Source: Fimicolochytrium jonesii (taxonomy: Eukaryota). Taken from it: a DNA stretch of 64,000 nucleotides. Below, piece by piece: positions 61,746 to 64,000 of this stretch (position 1 is the first letter of the stretch; every line of letters begins with the position of its first letter). A model generated the notes under the pieces. It made no database searches. It was not told the DNA's origin and saw nothing but the letters and a program-made list of their open reading frames with translations. Both the position numbers and the translations under genes were made by a program. The DNA is taken from the NCBI RefSeq assembly GCF_025526975.1, contig NW_026515700.1:186001-250000 (forward strand), given 5' to 3'.

Positions 61746-62211
61746 CAACGACATCTCATATTCGCTCTACTTCACATCTGCGTATCTGGCAACTTGCCCT
61801 GGCATTCTGGATGCTGCAGAGGGTTAGGAGCGACCACATGTGATTACAATAGCATCTTTGTATGTACGTAGCGACCCCACGTTAAAAAAAGAATGCGTCC
61901 TCCAATGACACATAACACAAGAACTGGTATAGCGTCGCTTCACAGCTGCCTTCTTCCGAGTTAGGGTTCCCACCAGGTTAGGGTCAAAAAAGCTCATAGC
62001 GGCCCATCCGCCTCTGCGCCAGCTCTGCGCAGTCTCTGCAAAGTCTCCGCCCCAGCTCTGCGCTTCCCCATCCCGGGCACCCCCCCCCCCCCCCCCCCCC
62101 GCGGCGGACAGCCATTGCCCCTGGGAAATAGATAGGGGTGAGTGGAAGAGGGGGGATGGGGAGGAGACGGGGAGGGACGAACCTCATCTTCGGATATACT
62201 GGTAGTTTCGT

Positions 62212-63709
62212 TCAACCACTTTGCGTGGAAGTTGAGGAGCCGTATGGTTTCGCCCAGTTCGAGGCGCACGACGATGTTGGTGCAGGGTTCGTGGTCGTTT
62301 CGTGGTGGTGGTGTGGGTACGGATTGTCCTCATCATCAGGGAGGCCGTATTTCCGGATGGCCGCGGCCGTCGCCAGGGGCAGTGTCACAACAGCCGTGTG
62401 GCGACTGCGGCCAGACGTGTCAAGCACCGCCGTTCCGTGGAGCTTGTGAGGCATCCACGTCCACATGCAGTCCGGCTGCAGCACCAAGTAGAAGCCTTGC
62501 TCTGGCAGCGCAAATACCCACTCGCCGACGACGGTTGGCGGAGCGGCGGCGTAGCCTGCCGCCCATTGCCTGCATAGCTTGCGGGCTTGAAGCTCCTCCG
62601 GAAGCTCCTCCTTGGGGGTCGGCTTCCATTTGGCGCGGCCTGTGTTCGGGTTCAGCTCGCCGGCTACGCCGTCGTCCGACGGGTCGGAGTGAACGACCAC
62701 TTGATAGTTGGTGGTGGCAAACATCGGGGGGAACTCATCGGAATGTGGCCCGTACACCTCTGGCATGGCCATCATCAGGTGGGCCGCCGCGGTGGGGTTG
62801 GTTTGGCGAGCTCCTGCAGCAATCGCTTGGGGAAGGCCTTTTCCAAGGCGACCAGGAACTTCTTTGCCGACATGTCTGCCCCTCCTTTCATTGAATAGTG
62901 CGACGTCCCCCTGGCATATCCCGAGTTCTTGTTGCCACGACGAAGCCCAGCGGCGTGCATTGTGCCCCTTGAGGCCTTCCATCGAACCACAGCCGGCCGG
63001 GATCCACACGACTCGACGATGAGCCCCAGCCGCAGGTTGTGTTCGCGACGGCCCGCACTGTTGTACGAGATTGTGGCCACAAGGGCGCCGTGCTTGTCGC
63101 GGATGTAGATGTCGCCCCCCCCCCCCCCCCCTCGGGGTTTAATTCGCTCAAGCCCATCCAGGCCGCTCGTCTCTCCCCAAACCCCGCATAGACCATCTCA
63201 CCATCCCAGGCATTGCACGAGGCGGGCGTTGGCACCACGATGTGAGCAGCCGGGCGGCTAGCGGAGGGCTGGGGGTCCACCGAGAAGTCGGCCGTGGTAA
63301 GACTGCCATCGCTGATCGCGGTGATGATGCCGCACTGGAGCCCAATGTGGTGCTTGGCGCGCTTCTTCTGGTGACGGGACCGCGTTGGCCTATTGATCCA
63401 CCAGCCCCAAAGGGTGGGGTTGTCTTGCTTGATCTTCTTTGAAAAAAGGCCAATCGCCTTGGCCTTGTCTTCTAGGCTGGCGTCCCGGGCGGCAAGGCCG
63501 GCGTCTACCAGCAGGGGATACAAAAAGGCCACCGTGTCGCCGAAGATAGCTGTGGCATGGCTCTGGCCCATGCCCATCAGAAGAGCCTTGACCGCGGTGG
63601 GTGCGACGGGGGGCGTGGCCTGTGGCGCGGTAGAGGGGAAGGGGGGGAGGGAAGGTGTTAGCAGCTCAGCCCGCGAGATCAGCGTATAGCAAACACGCTC
63701 AGGCAGCAT
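62212..63709 (-). CDS. TET/JBP-like 2OG-Fe(II) dioxygenase, copy 2; split into three ORFs by two 1-bp homopolymer deletions
   Basis: GTMHAAGLRRG..GY, NYQVVVHSD (HxD), WVFALPEQGFYLVLQP...W.PHKLHGT (distal H), SRHTAV (R). Adding one G to the 17-G run (63115-63131) and one A near 62802 gives a single 499-codon ORF. Confidence 0.72.
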
Positions 63710-63710
63710 G

Positions 63711-63884
63711 GCCCATGCAGGTCAACCTCCCGCAAGCGGCGGTCGTGCTCAACATGGACCGCGAGCCCAGGCGGCCAACACCCAGCGGAGACGCCCAGAC
63801 AGCACAGCCCATGCAGGTCGACCTCCCGCAAGCGGCGGTCGTGCTCAACATGGACCGCGAGCCCAGGCGGTCAACACCCAGCGG
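63711..63884. repeat. Direct duplication, two 78-bp copies with a 96-bp period
   Basis: 63711-63788 versus 63807-63884, two mismatches by eye. Confidence 0.9.
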
Positions 63885-64000
63885 CCACTCACCTCGCTTG
63901 ACGTTCCCATGCTCAAATGCGCTTGCTCTGCGTGAGTTGCCGGGCTTGAGCTGGAAGGAGGTGGGCGCTGGCCAGGGGGGTGAGGGGGCCGTTGTCCGCC

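Noticed and set aside
52850..64000. KDZ/Plavaka transposase or Helitron Rep-helicase beside the TET-like genes
   Set aside because: I could not find their catalytic or CxC motifs in any ORF within this window.

Overview
GC-rich, intron-containing eukaryotic DNA, most likely from a zoosporic (chytrid-type) fungus, since it combines fungal-type housekeeping genes with the centriole gene SAS-6. The window has three zones. (1) 1-7.7 kb: three Ty3/gypsy chromoviral LTR retrotransposons nested inside one another plus a solo LTR. A Tf1-like self-priming PBS and a candidate -1 frameshift pseudoknot are visible. (2) 8.9-52.3 kb: a dense core-gene block containing SAS-6, a Cache-like/HAMP receptor, BET1, tyrosinase, TAF9, HIS5, UTP13, COX10, PRO2, a head-to-head PIB2/CASTOR pair of TORC1 amino-acid sensors, a PLP aminotransferase, a UBZ-finger orphan, a TPR-F-box-LRR protein, an intronless Cdc123-like ATP-grasp gene, SHE9 and AFG1. 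(3) 52.8-64 kb: a repeat-rich accessory island with TTAGGG-containing repeats, two divergent TET/JBP-like 2OG-Fe(II) dioxygenase genes, a spliced zinc-finger/class-III aminotransferase fusion lying between them, and a DIRS/Ngaro-type tyrosine recombinase relic. This island is the best candidate for an undescribed nucleic-acid-modification system. All calls come from reading motifs by eye with no database search, and exon boundaries are approximate.
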